From the sequence record SRR22947725_6189: 49,347 bases of DNA; one strand, 5' to 3'. This document shows positions 29,827 to 39,042 of this stretch, piece by piece; position 1 is the first letter of the stretch, and every line of letters begins with the position of its first letter. The notes beneath the pieces are model-generated. The model worked only from the letters and a program-made list of their open reading frames with translations, was not told where the DNA came from and searched no databases. The position numbers and the translations under genes were made by a program.

Positions 29827-30765
29827 ATGTCAAAAAAAATCGCTTTTCAAATGGACCCGATGGAATCGATCAACATTGATGCAGACAGCAGTTTTCATTT
29901 GGCGATGGAAGCCCAGGCGCGCGGCCACGAGATTTACTACCATACGCCCGACCGGCTCGCCTTTGAAAATGGCAAAGTCACGGCCAAGGGGCAAAAAATG
30001 CGACTTCGGCGCGAGCACGGCAACCATGTGGATCTTGGCCCGCTAGAGCATTTGGATCTTCACGCGTTTGACGTGGTTTGGTTGCGCCAGGATCCGCCTT
30101 TCGACATGGGATACATCACAACCACGCATTTGTTGGACCTTTTGAAATCAGATACTTTGGTCGTGAATGATCCGTTTTGGGTGCGCAATTACCCTGAAAA
30201 GCTCCTGATGTTACAATTTCCGGAGCTGATCCCTCCGACCACAATTGCACGAGACTTGGACACGCTCAAAGCGTTCCGCGCGCAACATGGTGATGTGATT
30301 GTCAAACCGCTTTATGGAAACGGTGGCGCCGGCGTGTTTCGTCTCACTCCAGACGATCGCAACATCGCCTCATTGCATGAGCTCTTCACCGGGATAAATT
30401 CCGAGCCTCTGATCATCCAAAAATTCCTGCCCGCCGTCAGCAATGGCGACAAGAGGGTCATTTTGGTGGATGGTGAGGCGGTGGGTGCGATCAACCGCGT
30501 CCCCGCGGCCGGCGAGACCCGCTCAAACATGCATGTTGGCGGCCGGCCCGAAAAAATCGGCCTAACCGAGCGGGACCTCGAAATTTGTGCCGCCATTGGG
30601 CCCTTACTGCGCGAGCACGGCCAGATTTTTGTCGGGATCGACGTGATCGGCGATTATCTGACTGAAATCAACGTCACCTCCCCCACGGGCCTGCAAGAAT
30701 TGCAACGCTTCGATGGGACAAATGTGGCCGGGTTGATTTGGGACGCGATTGAAGCGCGTCTGTGA
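29827..30765 (+). CDS. gshB: Glutathione synthetase
   Basis: FQMDP, LRQDPPFDM.Y, KPLYGNGG, GDKR, RSNMHVGG and EINVTSPTG motifs. Confidence 0.97.
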   Translation: MSKKIAFQMDPMESINIDADSSFHLAMEAQARGHEIYYHTPDRLAFENGKVTAKGQKMRLRREHGNHVDLGPLEHLDLHAFDVVWLRQDPPFDMGYITTTHLLDLLKSDTLVVNDPFWVRNYPEKLLMLQFPELIPPTTIARDLDTLKAFRAQHGDVIVKPLYGNGGAGVFRLTPDDRNIASLHELFTGINSEPLIIQKFLPAVSNGDKRVILVDGEAVGAINRVPAAGETRSNMHVGGRPEKIGLTERDLEICAAIGPLLREHGQIFVGIDVIGDYLTEINVTSPTGLQELQRFDGTNVAGLIWDAIEARL

Positions 30766-30782
30766 TCACTGATCTAAGACGC

Positions 30783-31610
30783 TTAGACCTTCACCAAGCC
30801 TCGGATCCAATCCCCGATTTGCCCCATAACGGCCTCGGCAGATGTGTCATTGCCGCAGGCTTGTAAAAAGGCATGTGGTTGATCTTTGGCCAATAAATGC
30901 GTGATCGGGTGTTGGGTATGTGCAGCCAACCAATCATTGTCATCGGCAATCGGGTCGCATTCAGCTTTCACCAAGAGCAAGGGCGCGCCTGCCTTTGACA
31001 AGCGGGCCCGAAATTCCAACATATCTTCACAGCCCAAATGCCCATACATCACCCGGAGCGCGGCATCATTCAGCCCTTCAGAATTCGCGCCAAATGCGTC
31101 ATGAGATGGGCCTTCAAGCCCGCCAAATGCCCCGTAAAGGCTGACAAGCCCTTGTATTTTGTCACGCGACGCCATTCCGCCTGCGGCCCAAAGCACCATA
31201 GCTCCGCCGGCGCTGTCACCGGCCAGCACGATCTGATCACGCTCGACCGAAAATTTCTCTGCGATTTCAGTCGCTTGATCTGCTTGCGCAGGAAATTTAT
31301 GCTCAGGGGCCAAATCATATGGGGCCGCGAAGACCCGCCGCCCGGTCAGTTTTGCCATCCATGAACACAGAGTTTGATGCGTCCAAGGGCTGCCAACGAT
31401 CCAGCCACCCCCATGAAAATAGAGGATATCTGCGCCGTCATGCAGCTCTTGCGGCGTGAAACACAGGCCCGTGCCGCTGGCAAAAGGAACCTCGTCAATG
31501 TCGACTGTATCTGCAGAAAAATGCGAAATACTGGCCCGCTCTGCCGCGTAACCCGCGCGCAGCTTGGTCACAGGATCGTTCACCCAATCGAGAGTTGGCA
31601 TGACGCTCAT
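30783..31610 (-). CDS. Alpha/beta hydrolase, HSL-family (family IV) esterase
   Basis: YFHGGGW oxyanion motif, LAPEH.FP, GDSAGG nucleophile, and putative Asp (DPIADD) and His (PHAF). Confidence 0.88.
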   Translation of the reverse strand: MSVMPTLDWVNDPVTKLRAGYAAERASISHFSADTVDIDEVPFASGTGLCFTPQELHDGADILYFHGGGWIVGSPWTHQTLCSWMAKLTGRRVFAAPYDLAPEHKFPAQADQATEIAEKFSVERDQIVLAGDSAGGAMVLWAAGGMASRDKIQGLVSLYGAFGGLEGPSHDAFGANSEGLNDAALRVMYGHLGCEDMLEFRARLSKAGAPLLLVKAECDPIADDNDWLAAHTQHPITHLLAKDQPHAFLQACGNDTSAEAVMGQIGDWIRGLVKV

Positions 31611-32086
31611 GCAAAGTCCTCCGGCCGTGCCTCGCGGGCCATATGGTCCAGAACCGCATTCACAAACCCGCGCTCTTTGCCATCGGGGGAAAAGGCCAAG
31701 GCCACGTCAACATATTCCACAATCGCCACTTTTGGCGGCGTGTCTCCCTCGACAAACTCCGCCCCCGCCGCGCGGAACAGGGCCCGCAATGTCGGGTCCA
31801 GCCGGGCAATGGGCCATTTGGCAACCAAGGCCCGATCCGTCATCTGATCGATCCGAGCTTGATTGTTCACCGCTCCGGCAATCACCTGATTGAAATGCGC
31901 AATATCGCCATCTGCGAGCTGCACCCCATCCAGCTCAACACCCATTCGGTGCTCTTCAAACTCTTTTGACACCACATCAATTGGCAATTTCGAAGCTTCC
32001 ATCTGGAACAAGGCCTGCACCGCATACAGGCGACTGGCCGATTTCATACGGCGCTTTTGATTGCCTGATAAATTAGAACCGCTCAT
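31607..32086 (-). CDS. nusB: Transcription antitermination factor NusB
   Basis: R.YAVQALFQ, W...RLD..LRA, EYVDVA and FVNAVLD motifs. Follows ribH. Confidence 0.96.
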   Translation of the reverse strand: MSGSNLSGNQKRRMKSASRLYAVQALFQMEASKLPIDVVSKEFEEHRMGVELDGVQLADGDIAHFNQVIAGAVNNQARIDQMTDRALVAKWPIARLDPTLRALFRAAGAEFVEGDTPPKVAIVEYVDVALAFSPDGKERGFVNAVLDHMAREARPEDFA

Positions 32087-32604
32087 GCTTTTGCCGTCTC
32101 CTCAGTGGATAAAAATCCAATTTTTCCTTGGGGCTGCCCCCATTTGCGTGTCAAAGCGATCAAATGCAGGGCCGCGGCGGCGGCTCCGCCGCCTTTGTTT
32201 TGACCGGCGGTCTCAGCGCGCACTTCGGCTTGTTTACGGTTTTCAACCGTCAAAATTCCGTTGCCAATACAGGCGCCCTGCAGGCCCAAAAGCTGCAGCG
32301 CGCGGCTGCTGTCGTTGCAAACCGTCTCATAATGGGTTGTTTCACCTCGGATCACGCAGCCCAAGGCGACATAGCCGTCAAACTCTGCCCGCCGATGTGC
32401 GATTGCGATGGCGGTGGGCACCTCAAGCGCGCCGGGCACTTCGACCAGCTCCCACTGGCCATCCACAGCTTCAATCTCGGCCTGAGCACCGGCCACCATT
32501 TGATCGGCAATATCTTTGTAATAAGGTGCCACTACGATCAGCAATTTGACGGGCGCGTCAAAAGATGGGCGGTCAAGCGTGTGATGCTGCTCTGCTGCGG
32601 CCAT
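32083..32604 (-). CDS. ribH: 6,7-dimethyl-8-ribityllumazine synthase
   Basis: VPGALEVP, ALGCVIRGETTHY, GNGILT and NKGGGAA motifs. Confidence 0.96.
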   Translation of the reverse strand: MAAAEQHHTLDRPSFDAPVKLLIVVAPYYKDIADQMVAGAQAEIEAVDGQWELVEVPGALEVPTAIAIAHRRAEFDGYVALGCVIRGETTHYETVCNDSSRALQLLGLQGACIGNGILTVENRKQAEVRAETAGQNKGGGAAAAALHLIALTRKWGQPQGKIGFLSTEETAKA

Positions 32605-33740
32605 TAGTTCGATCCCGAAATTTTTTGTGTACCAAGAATTTCCAAGCCGTAAGCCTCAAGTCCAACAATCTTGGGCTCCGGTGAGTTGGTCAAAAGTGTG
32701 AGCTGCGACAGCCCCAGAGAAGACAAAATTTGCGCGCCGACACCATATTGGCGCAGAGTTTGCGGGCTGCCATCATCTGAAGCGCTGATTTTCATATGCA
32801 GATCGCGCAACAATACCAGGACGCCGCGCCCCTCTTTGGCGATGATTTTCATGGATTGCGAAAATTCGAAGGCCCGCCCCTCGGGACCCGTTCCAATCAT
32901 GTCCAACATCGGATCTAGGGAGTGCATCCGCACCAAAACGGGGGCGTCGCTGCTAATATCCCCTTTAATCAGAGCAATATGCTCTGCCCCTTGGGTTTCA
33001 TCGTTGAAAATCCGCATCTGCCACTCACCACCGAACTCGGATTGGATAAGCTCCTCGCCTTTCACGCGAACAAGGTTATCATGCCGGCGCCGGTAGGAAA
33101 TTAAATCGGAGATGGTGCCAATTTTAAGACCGTGCAGCTGTGCAAAGCCAATGAGATCGGGCAAACGCGCCATGCTGCCATCTTCGTTCATAATCTCGCA
33201 AATCACCCCAGACGGGTTCAATCCAGCCAAACGTGAGATATCAACGGCCGCCTCCGTATGGCCCGCGCGCACCAAGACGCCGCCATCACGGGCACGCAGG
33301 GGAAACACATGACCGGGCGTGGCGATATCTGCGGCAGTTTTGCCAGCATCAATCGCAACCGCAACCGTATGGGCGCGGTCATGGGCGGAAATACCAGTGG
33401 TCACACCCTCGCGCGCTTCGATTGAAATCGTAAAAGCCGTTTCATGGCGCGAGGAATTATAACTCGACATCAATTGCAGACCCAAAGCATCGGTTCGTTC
33501 GCTGGTCATGGCCAAGCAAATCAAACCCCGCCCATAGCGGGCCATGAAGTTGATCGCCTCTGGCGTTGCCATCTGCGCGGGGATGACCAAATCACCTTCG
33601 TTCTCACGGTCTTCGTGATCCACCAGAACAAACATCCGCCCGTTGCGCGCATCATCAATAATCTGCTCAATGGGCGAGATCACCTCAGCCAAATCGCGTT
33701 CTACGGCGCCCGGTGTTTCGAATGGTAACAGATCACTCAT
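32604..33740 (-). CDS. ribB: 3,4-dihydroxy-2-butanone-4-phosphate synthase with a degenerate GTP-cyclohydrolase-II-like C-terminal domain (RibBX type)
   Basis: DHEDRENEGD, TTGISAHDR, PGHVFPL, RAGHTEA and CEIM motifs. The C-terminal domain contains no Cys. Confidence 0.93.
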   Translation of the reverse strand: MSDLLPFETPGAVERDLAEVISPIEQIIDDARNGRMFVLVDHEDRENEGDLVIPAQMATPEAINFMARYGRGLICLAMTSERTDALGLQLMSSYNSSRHETAFTISIEAREGVTTGISAHDRAHTVAVAIDAGKTAADIATPGHVFPLRARDGGVLVRAGHTEAAVDISRLAGLNPSGVICEIMNEDGSMARLPDLIGFAQLHGLKIGTISDLISYRRRHDNLVRVKGEELIQSEFGGEWQMRIFNDETQGAEHIALIKGDISSDAPVLVRMHSLDPMLDMIGTGPEGRAFEFSQSMKIIAKEGRGVLVLLRDLHMKISASDDGSPQTLRQYGVGAQILSSLGLSQLTLLTNSPEPKIVGLEAYGLEILGTQKISGSN

Positions 33741-33743
33741 GCC

Positions 33744-34331
33744 CTAACTCCAATCTTGCAAGCGCGCAACGTAGCGCGCCAAAGTATCAATTTCCAAGTT
33801 CACGCGGTCGCCCACTGCCGCAGAACCCCAAGTGGTGACAGCCTTCGTATGTGGAATAAAGTTGATCCCGAAGTCGGTGCCATTCACTTCATTCACAGTC
33901 AACGAGGTGCCGTTCAATGCAACTGATCCCTTGGGGGCAATGAATTTCGCCAGCGCCTCTGGCGCGCGCAGGGTCACCCGCGTGCTGTCTCCCTCATCGC
34001 GCAGAGCGACAATCTCAGCCACACCATCCACATGACCCGAAACGATATGCCCGCCCAGCTCATCGCCCACTTTCAAGGCCCGCTCCAAGTTGACCGGCCG
34101 GCCGATTTTCCAGTCACCGATAGTGGTTAATCCCGCGCTCTCGGCGGACACATCGACACAGAAGCTGTCAGAGGTTTTTTCCACCACCGTCAGGCACACG
34201 CCATCACAGGCAATAGAAGCGCCCATATCCACCGAGGTCACATCATAGCCCGTGGCAATCTCAATCCGCAAATCCCCCCGCTGCGTTACAGATCGGATGG
34301 TGCCAATATCAGTAATGATACCCGTAAACAT
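33744..34331 (-). CDS. ribE: Riboflavin synthase (alpha chain)
   Basis: MFTGII N-terminus, GASIACDGVCLTV, GGHIVSGHVD, KGSVALNGTSLTV and VNLEID motifs. Confidence 0.97.
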   Translation of the reverse strand: MFTGIITDIGTIRSVTQRGDLRIEIATGYDVTSVDMGASIACDGVCLTVVEKTSDSFCVDVSAESAGLTTIGDWKIGRPVNLERALKVGDELGGHIVSGHVDGVAEIVALRDEGDSTRVTLRAPEALAKFIAPKGSVALNGTSLTVNEVNGTDFGINFIPHTKAVTTWGSAAVGDRVNLEIDTLARYVARLQDWS

Positions 34332-34489
34332 GATGGTCCCCTTTGCGCTGTCCCTACCCTCAGACCCCGCTTGGGGCAAGGGTCACCGTTGGAATTGAAA
34401 CTGCGACAATTCGCAATTAAGAACAACCCGAAGATATTTTTTCAAAAAAGCCGTCCCATTTCAAACGGCACTTAGCGGGGTATTTCAAA

Positions 34490-35791
34490 ATGGCAAATGG
34501 ATTCGGGCGCAATTTCCTACTGTTACAGGGCCCGCATGGTCCATTCTTCCGCCAGTTGGGGCAGCTTTTGGAACAAACAGGCGCTGCCGCTTGGCGGGTC
34601 GGTTTCAATGGCGGTGACGCATTTTTTTGGGACAATAAGGCACGTTTCATCGCTCATACCGAAAGCTTAGAGACTTGGCCTGCCGCATTACGCAAGATCA
34701 TCGCGGAGAAATCCATCACTGACATCGTGTTGTATGGCGACACGCGCCCCGTGCATGCTGAGGCCATAAAGCTGGCCAGGGCCTTGGACTTGCGGGTGCA
34801 CGTTTTTGAAGAAGGTTACTTGCGCCCCTATTGGGTTAATTATGAGCGCGGCGGCGCAAATGGGAATTCCCGTCTGATGGGGATGACTGTTGCGCAGATG
34901 CAAAAGGTTCTGCGCAAAGCCAGAATCGACCTCACCGAAGCTCCGGCCCATTGGGGCGATATCCGGCAACATGCATTCTACAGCTTTGTCTATCATTTGC
35001 ACATATTGCTAAACAATCGTGCCTATCCCAACTTCAAAAGCCACCGGGCAGATACCGTGGCGCAGGAGTTTCGCACCTATGTGCGCCGGGTGCTCTGCCA
35101 CCCAATTGAAATCTTAAAGCGCCAGATCACGACACGCCGCATAAAGAACAGTGGTCAAGCCTATCACTTGGTCTTAATGCAGCTGGAGCATGACAGCGCG
35201 TTTCTGATGCATTCACCTTTCGCATCGATGCCAGAATTTCTACAATACGTCGTCAAGGCTTTCGCAGCCGGTGCGCCGCGTCATCACCGCTTGGTGTTCA
35301 AAGCGCATCCCTTGGAAAGCGGCCGGCGCGCTCTGGCACGCGACATCTCGGCTTTGGCCGCGCGTTATAAAATTGCAGACCGTGTCGATTACGTGCCCGG
35401 TGGAAAATTGGCGCAGCTGCTTGATCACGCGCGCAGCGCTGTGACCGTCAATTCCACAGCCGGCCAACAGGCACTTTGGCGGGGTCTGCCACTTAAAGCC
35501 TTCGGCAAGGCGGTTTACGACAAGCCGCAATTTGTCTCAGATCTGCCGCTGGAAGCGTTTTTTGCAAAACCGCCCTACCCCGACAATGCCTCCTACCTCG
35601 ACTACCGGCGCTACTTGCTGGAAACCTCCCAGATCCCTGGCGGGTTTTATTCCACGCGGGGGCGCCGACAGTTGCTGCGGCAAGTGATCGATATGCTCTT
35701 ATCAGAACTCGATCCTTTCGACTCCTTCGAATATGGTAATTCCGCATCACTTTCAGGCAGAACAAATAAGAACAATCGCGAGGTCAATTGA
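34490..35791 (+). CDS. kpsS: Capsule biosynthesis protein KpsS (beta-Kdo transferase)
   Basis: FLLLQGPHGPFF, FEEGYLRP, Q..HDS, FKAHPL and VTVNSTAG motifs. Confidence 0.88.
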   Translation: MANGFGRNFLLLQGPHGPFFRQLGQLLEQTGAAAWRVGFNGGDAFFWDNKARFIAHTESLETWPAALRKIIAEKSITDIVLYGDTRPVHAEAIKLARALDLRVHVFEEGYLRPYWVNYERGGANGNSRLMGMTVAQMQKVLRKARIDLTEAPAHWGDIRQHAFYSFVYHLHILLNNRAYPNFKSHRADTVAQEFRTYVRRVLCHPIEILKRQITTRRIKNSGQAYHLVLMQLEHDSAFLMHSPFASMPEFLQYVVKAFAAGAPRHHRLVFKAHPLESGRRALARDISALAARYKIADRVDYVPGGKLAQLLDHARSAVTVNSTAGQQALWRGLPLKAFGKAVYDKPQFVSDLPLEAFFAKPPYPDNASYLDYRRYLLETSQIPGGFYSTRGRRQLLRQVIDMLLSELDPFDSFEYGNSASLSGRTNKNNREVN

Positions 35792-35891
35792 CGCAAAATG
35801 ACCCGGTTGCTAGTTTTTTATTAATTTTAACGATGAGTCTAATTTATAAAAATAATACTGGTCGCGTGAGGCTATAGCAGTGAGAATAATT

Positions 35892-37028
35892 ATGATAAAA
35901 ATCAATAAGATAATTTTAATTGCCGCCTGTTTTGGGATGATGTCCTCCTGTACCATCCTGCCCCGATCCGGCCCAAATAAATATGAGGTGACAGCAAGCA
36001 CACGCGGCGAAAACCCCACAGCACATATTGTTCCTGTGACGCCAGAGGTGGTTTATGAAACAAAAGTACCTACATAATCGGGCTTTACCAAAAGCTTTTT
36101 GCAAACCAAGCCGCTGAACGCCGAGTTGATCCGCCCAGGTGACACTTTGAACCTCACAGTTTGGGAAAATGTCGAGGATGGTCTTTTGTCCTCGGGTATG
36201 GCGAGTGCGGCCACCTTGAGCGAGTTACAAGTGGATGGCAGCGGTCATATTTTTGTGCCCTATGCCGGGCGCATTAAGGTCGCAGGACAAACGCCCGAGG
36301 AAATTCGCCACATCGTCACGCAAGCATTGCAAGACCAAACGCCCGATCCACAGGTTGAAGTACGCCGTTCCGCCGGAGCAGGGGCCACCGTATCCATCAT
36401 TGGGTCCGTCGGCGGACAAGGCATCTATCCAATCCTACATCAAACCCGCACCCTATCGACCATGCTGGCCAGCTCCGGGGGGCTGGATGTCAAACCCGAA
36501 CTGGTGCGTGTGACGGTCATTCGTGGAAAGCTGCGCAGCGAAGTTTGGCTCGATGACCTTTACGATCGGCCGGAGCTGGATATTGCCCTGCGCGATGGCG
36601 ACCGGATCCTTATCGAAGCCGATCGACGCAGCTTCGTCATCATGGGTGCCGCCGGGCGGCAATCTCAAGTGGCTTTCGATCAGCGGGAAATTTCAGCGCT
36701 TGAGGCGCTGTCACGTGCAGGCGGGCTAAGCGCATATCAGGCCGACCCCAAGGGCGTTTTTGTCTTGCGGAAAGAGGATCAGTCCATCGCCCGCCGCGTG
36801 GTTGGTGACGCCGAGATCAAAGGCGAGCAACATCTCATCTATGTGTTGAACTTGACCGAACCAGACGCGCTGTTCCTCGCCCGAGATTTTACAATCCGCG
36901 ACCAGGACACCGTGTATATCACAGAGGCGCCACTTTCGACGTGGAACAAAACACTCCGCGGTATCATGGGCGGTTTGTCGACAACCACAAGCTTTGCCAA
37001 TACGATCAGCGACCTCAGAGACCTGTAA
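35892..37028 (+). pseudogene. Polysaccharide export outer-membrane lipoprotein (Wza/KpsD/BexD type) interrupted by an in-frame TAA at 36075-36077
   Basis: ORFs 35880-36077 and 36099-37028 share a reading frame. The 5' part has a lipobox and LPRSGP (MMSSC-TILPRSGP). The 3' part has IRPGD.L...VWE, G.IFVPYAGRI, ADPKGVFVLR and D.VYITEAP. Confidence 0.8.
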
Positions 37029-37029
37029 T

Positions 37030-39042
37030 TTGGCTCCGCATCGTGATCCGGAGCCAAAGCCTGCCGCGCCGATCGCGCGGCAGGCTTTTTCTTTTGCCTT
37101 GGGGGCCTTCACACAAAGGCGGATCAACCGCATTCTCGACCTTGCGGGTCATGCACCACGCTTGGGCTGGCCAGGTCCCTCTGATCAAATTTTAGCCTGG
37201 GGCAATGGCGTTTCGGCCAAACGCGGCGCTTGGGTGGCAGCCGTCACGGGCGCACAATTGTTGCACATCGAAGATGCATTTCTCCGCTCAGTGCTGCCGG
37301 GCCGCAGCGGGCATGCCCCTTTGGGCTTGCTCATTGATCCGCAAGCATGTCACTTCGATGCCAGCCGCCCCAGCGCTTTGGAAGATCTCCTCAATACCTA
37401 TTCCCTGGAGTGCCCCGCGCTTCTTGAGCGCAGCGCGGCGGCTATGGCACGGATTGCCAAACATAAGCTCACAAAATACAGCGGTGTGCCACGTGACGCG
37501 CTCTGCCCCAAGCCGGGATTTGTCTTGGTGATTGATCAAACACGCGGTGATGCATCGATTGAGAAGGGCGCTGCAAACGCACAAACATTTCAACAGATGT
37601 TGGCAGCCGCAAGGGCGGAGCATCCCACCGCCCATATCGTCATTAAAACCCATCCAGAAACGCAGCTTGGATACCGCGCGGGCCATTTCAGCGCGGAGGC
37701 TTTGGATGACGACATGGAACTTCTGACCCATGCGATTGCCCCCCAGGATCTCTTTGCCGCAGCCCGGGCCGTCTACACGGTCACCTCACAAATGGGATTT
37801 GAAGCCATCTGGGCGGGGCACCGGCCGGTGATCTTCGGACAACCGTTCTACGCTGGATGGGGGCTCACCCAGGATATGCAGCCAATACATCGGCGCGGCC
37901 GCTCTCTCACACCCGCGCAACTATTTGCCGGGGCCATGATTCTATACCCGAAGTGGTATGACCCGTGCCGAGATACGCTTTGCAGTTTGGAGCATGTCTT
38001 GGATCAACTGGAGGCAGAAACCCGCGCCTGGCGCGACGATCATGCCGGATGGGAAGCGCGGGGTATTAGCCTGTGGAAGCGCCAGCCATTGCAGAAGTTT
38101 TTTGGCCGCCATCACCCGCTTCGGTTTCAACCAAAACCCGACTCACATCTCCCCGCTATGGCTTGGGGCGCCGGCCCGCACCAAGATGGGGTTCATCACC
38201 TCGAAGATGGGTTTTTGAGATCAAAAGGGATTGGAGCGCAATTGGTGCCCCCGCTCTCCTTGGTGCTGGACCGCGCGGGCATTTACTTTGATCCGAGCCG
38301 CCCAAGCGATCTAGAGACAATGATTGCCAACAGCCTGAATCTGTCCGAGCAGGAGCGGCAGCGCGCGGCAGAGCTGCAAAATCGGCTCATCACCGGCAGC
38401 ATTTCAAAGTATAACCCACGCCCATCAGCGGCCTTGTCATTGCCACCGGGCCGCCGAATATTGGTGCCGGGGCAAGTGGAAGATGACGCCTCAATTCGCC
38501 TCGGAACGCGTGATATTTGCACAAATCTGGCTCTGCTGCGCAGCACGCGCGAACAAAATCCTGATGCCATTGTGATCTATAAGCCCCATCCTGATGTCGA
38601 GGCGGGTTTGCGGCCCGGCGCGCTGTCAAAGGCGACACATTATTGCGATATTATAGCGGCGGATTGCGACCCGATCTCCTTAATAAATCAGGTGGATGAA
38701 GTTTGGACGATGACATCTCTGTTGGGGTTTGAGGCATTGATCCGGGGCAAGGCCACAACCTGCCTAGGTCGGCCCTTTTATTCATGCTGGGGTTTAACCC
38801 ACGACCGGCATGAGGTGCCACGACGGCAAGCCCGGCCTGACATTCTTGGCTTAATCCATGCCTGCCTGATTGAATATCCGAGATATTTCGACCCGATGAG
38901 CAAATTGCCCTGCCCGCCTGAGGTCGTCGTCGAACGGCTGGCGGCGGCGGCAGATCTTCCGCAAGCTTGCTATTTGCGGCCATTGGCCAAAATTCAAGGC
39001 GTTTTTGCCAGCCAAGCCCATCTTTGGCGCAACATGCGCTAA
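37030..39042 (+). CDS. kpsC: Capsule biosynthesis protein KpsC (dual-domain beta-Kdo transferase)
   Basis: Duplicated motifs EDAFLRS/EDGFLRS, QTRGDAS/QVEDDAS, KTHP/KPHP, SQMGFEA/SLLGFEA and PFYAGWGLT/PFYSCWGLT. Start approximate (TTG 37030). Confidence 0.9.
   Translation: MAPHRDPEPKPAAPIARQAFSFALGAFTQRRINRILDLAGHAPRLGWPGPSDQILAWGNGVSAKRGAWVAAVTGAQLLHIEDAFLRSVLPGRSGHAPLGLLIDPQACHFDASRPSALEDLLNTYSLECPALLERSAAAMARIAKHKLTKYSGVPRDALCPKPGFVLVIDQTRGDASIEKGAANAQTFQQMLAAARAEHPTAHIVIKTHPETQLGYRAGHFSAEALDDDMELLTHAIAPQDLFAAARAVYTVTSQMGFEAIWAGHRPVIFGQPFYAGWGLTQDMQPIHRRGRSLTPAQLFAGAMILYPKWYDPCRDTLCSLEHVLDQLEAETRAWRDDHAGWEARGISLWKRQPLQKFFGRHHPLRFQPKPDSHLPAMAWGAGPHQDGVHHLEDGFLRSKGIGAQLVPPLSLVLDRAGIYFDPSRPSDLETMIANSLNLSEQERQRAAELQNRLITGSISKYNPRPSAALSLPPGRRILVPGQVEDDASIRLGTRDICTNLALLRSTREQNPDAIVIYKPHPDVEAGLRPGALSKATHYCDIIAADCDPISLINQVDEVWTMTSLLGFEALIRGKATTCLGRPFYSCWGLTHDRHEVPRRQARPDILGLIHACLIEYPRYFDPMSKLPCPPEVVVERLAAAADLPQACYLRPLAKIQGVFASQAHLWRNMR

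Noticed and set aside
34436..34449. T6-C-A6 tract upstream of kpsS as a phase-variation repeat
   Set aside because: The homopolymers are too short for high-frequency slippage.
34332..34489. Possible FMN riboswitch upstream of ribE
   Set aside because: I found no RFN consensus elements, and the spacer is short and shared with the divergent kpsS.
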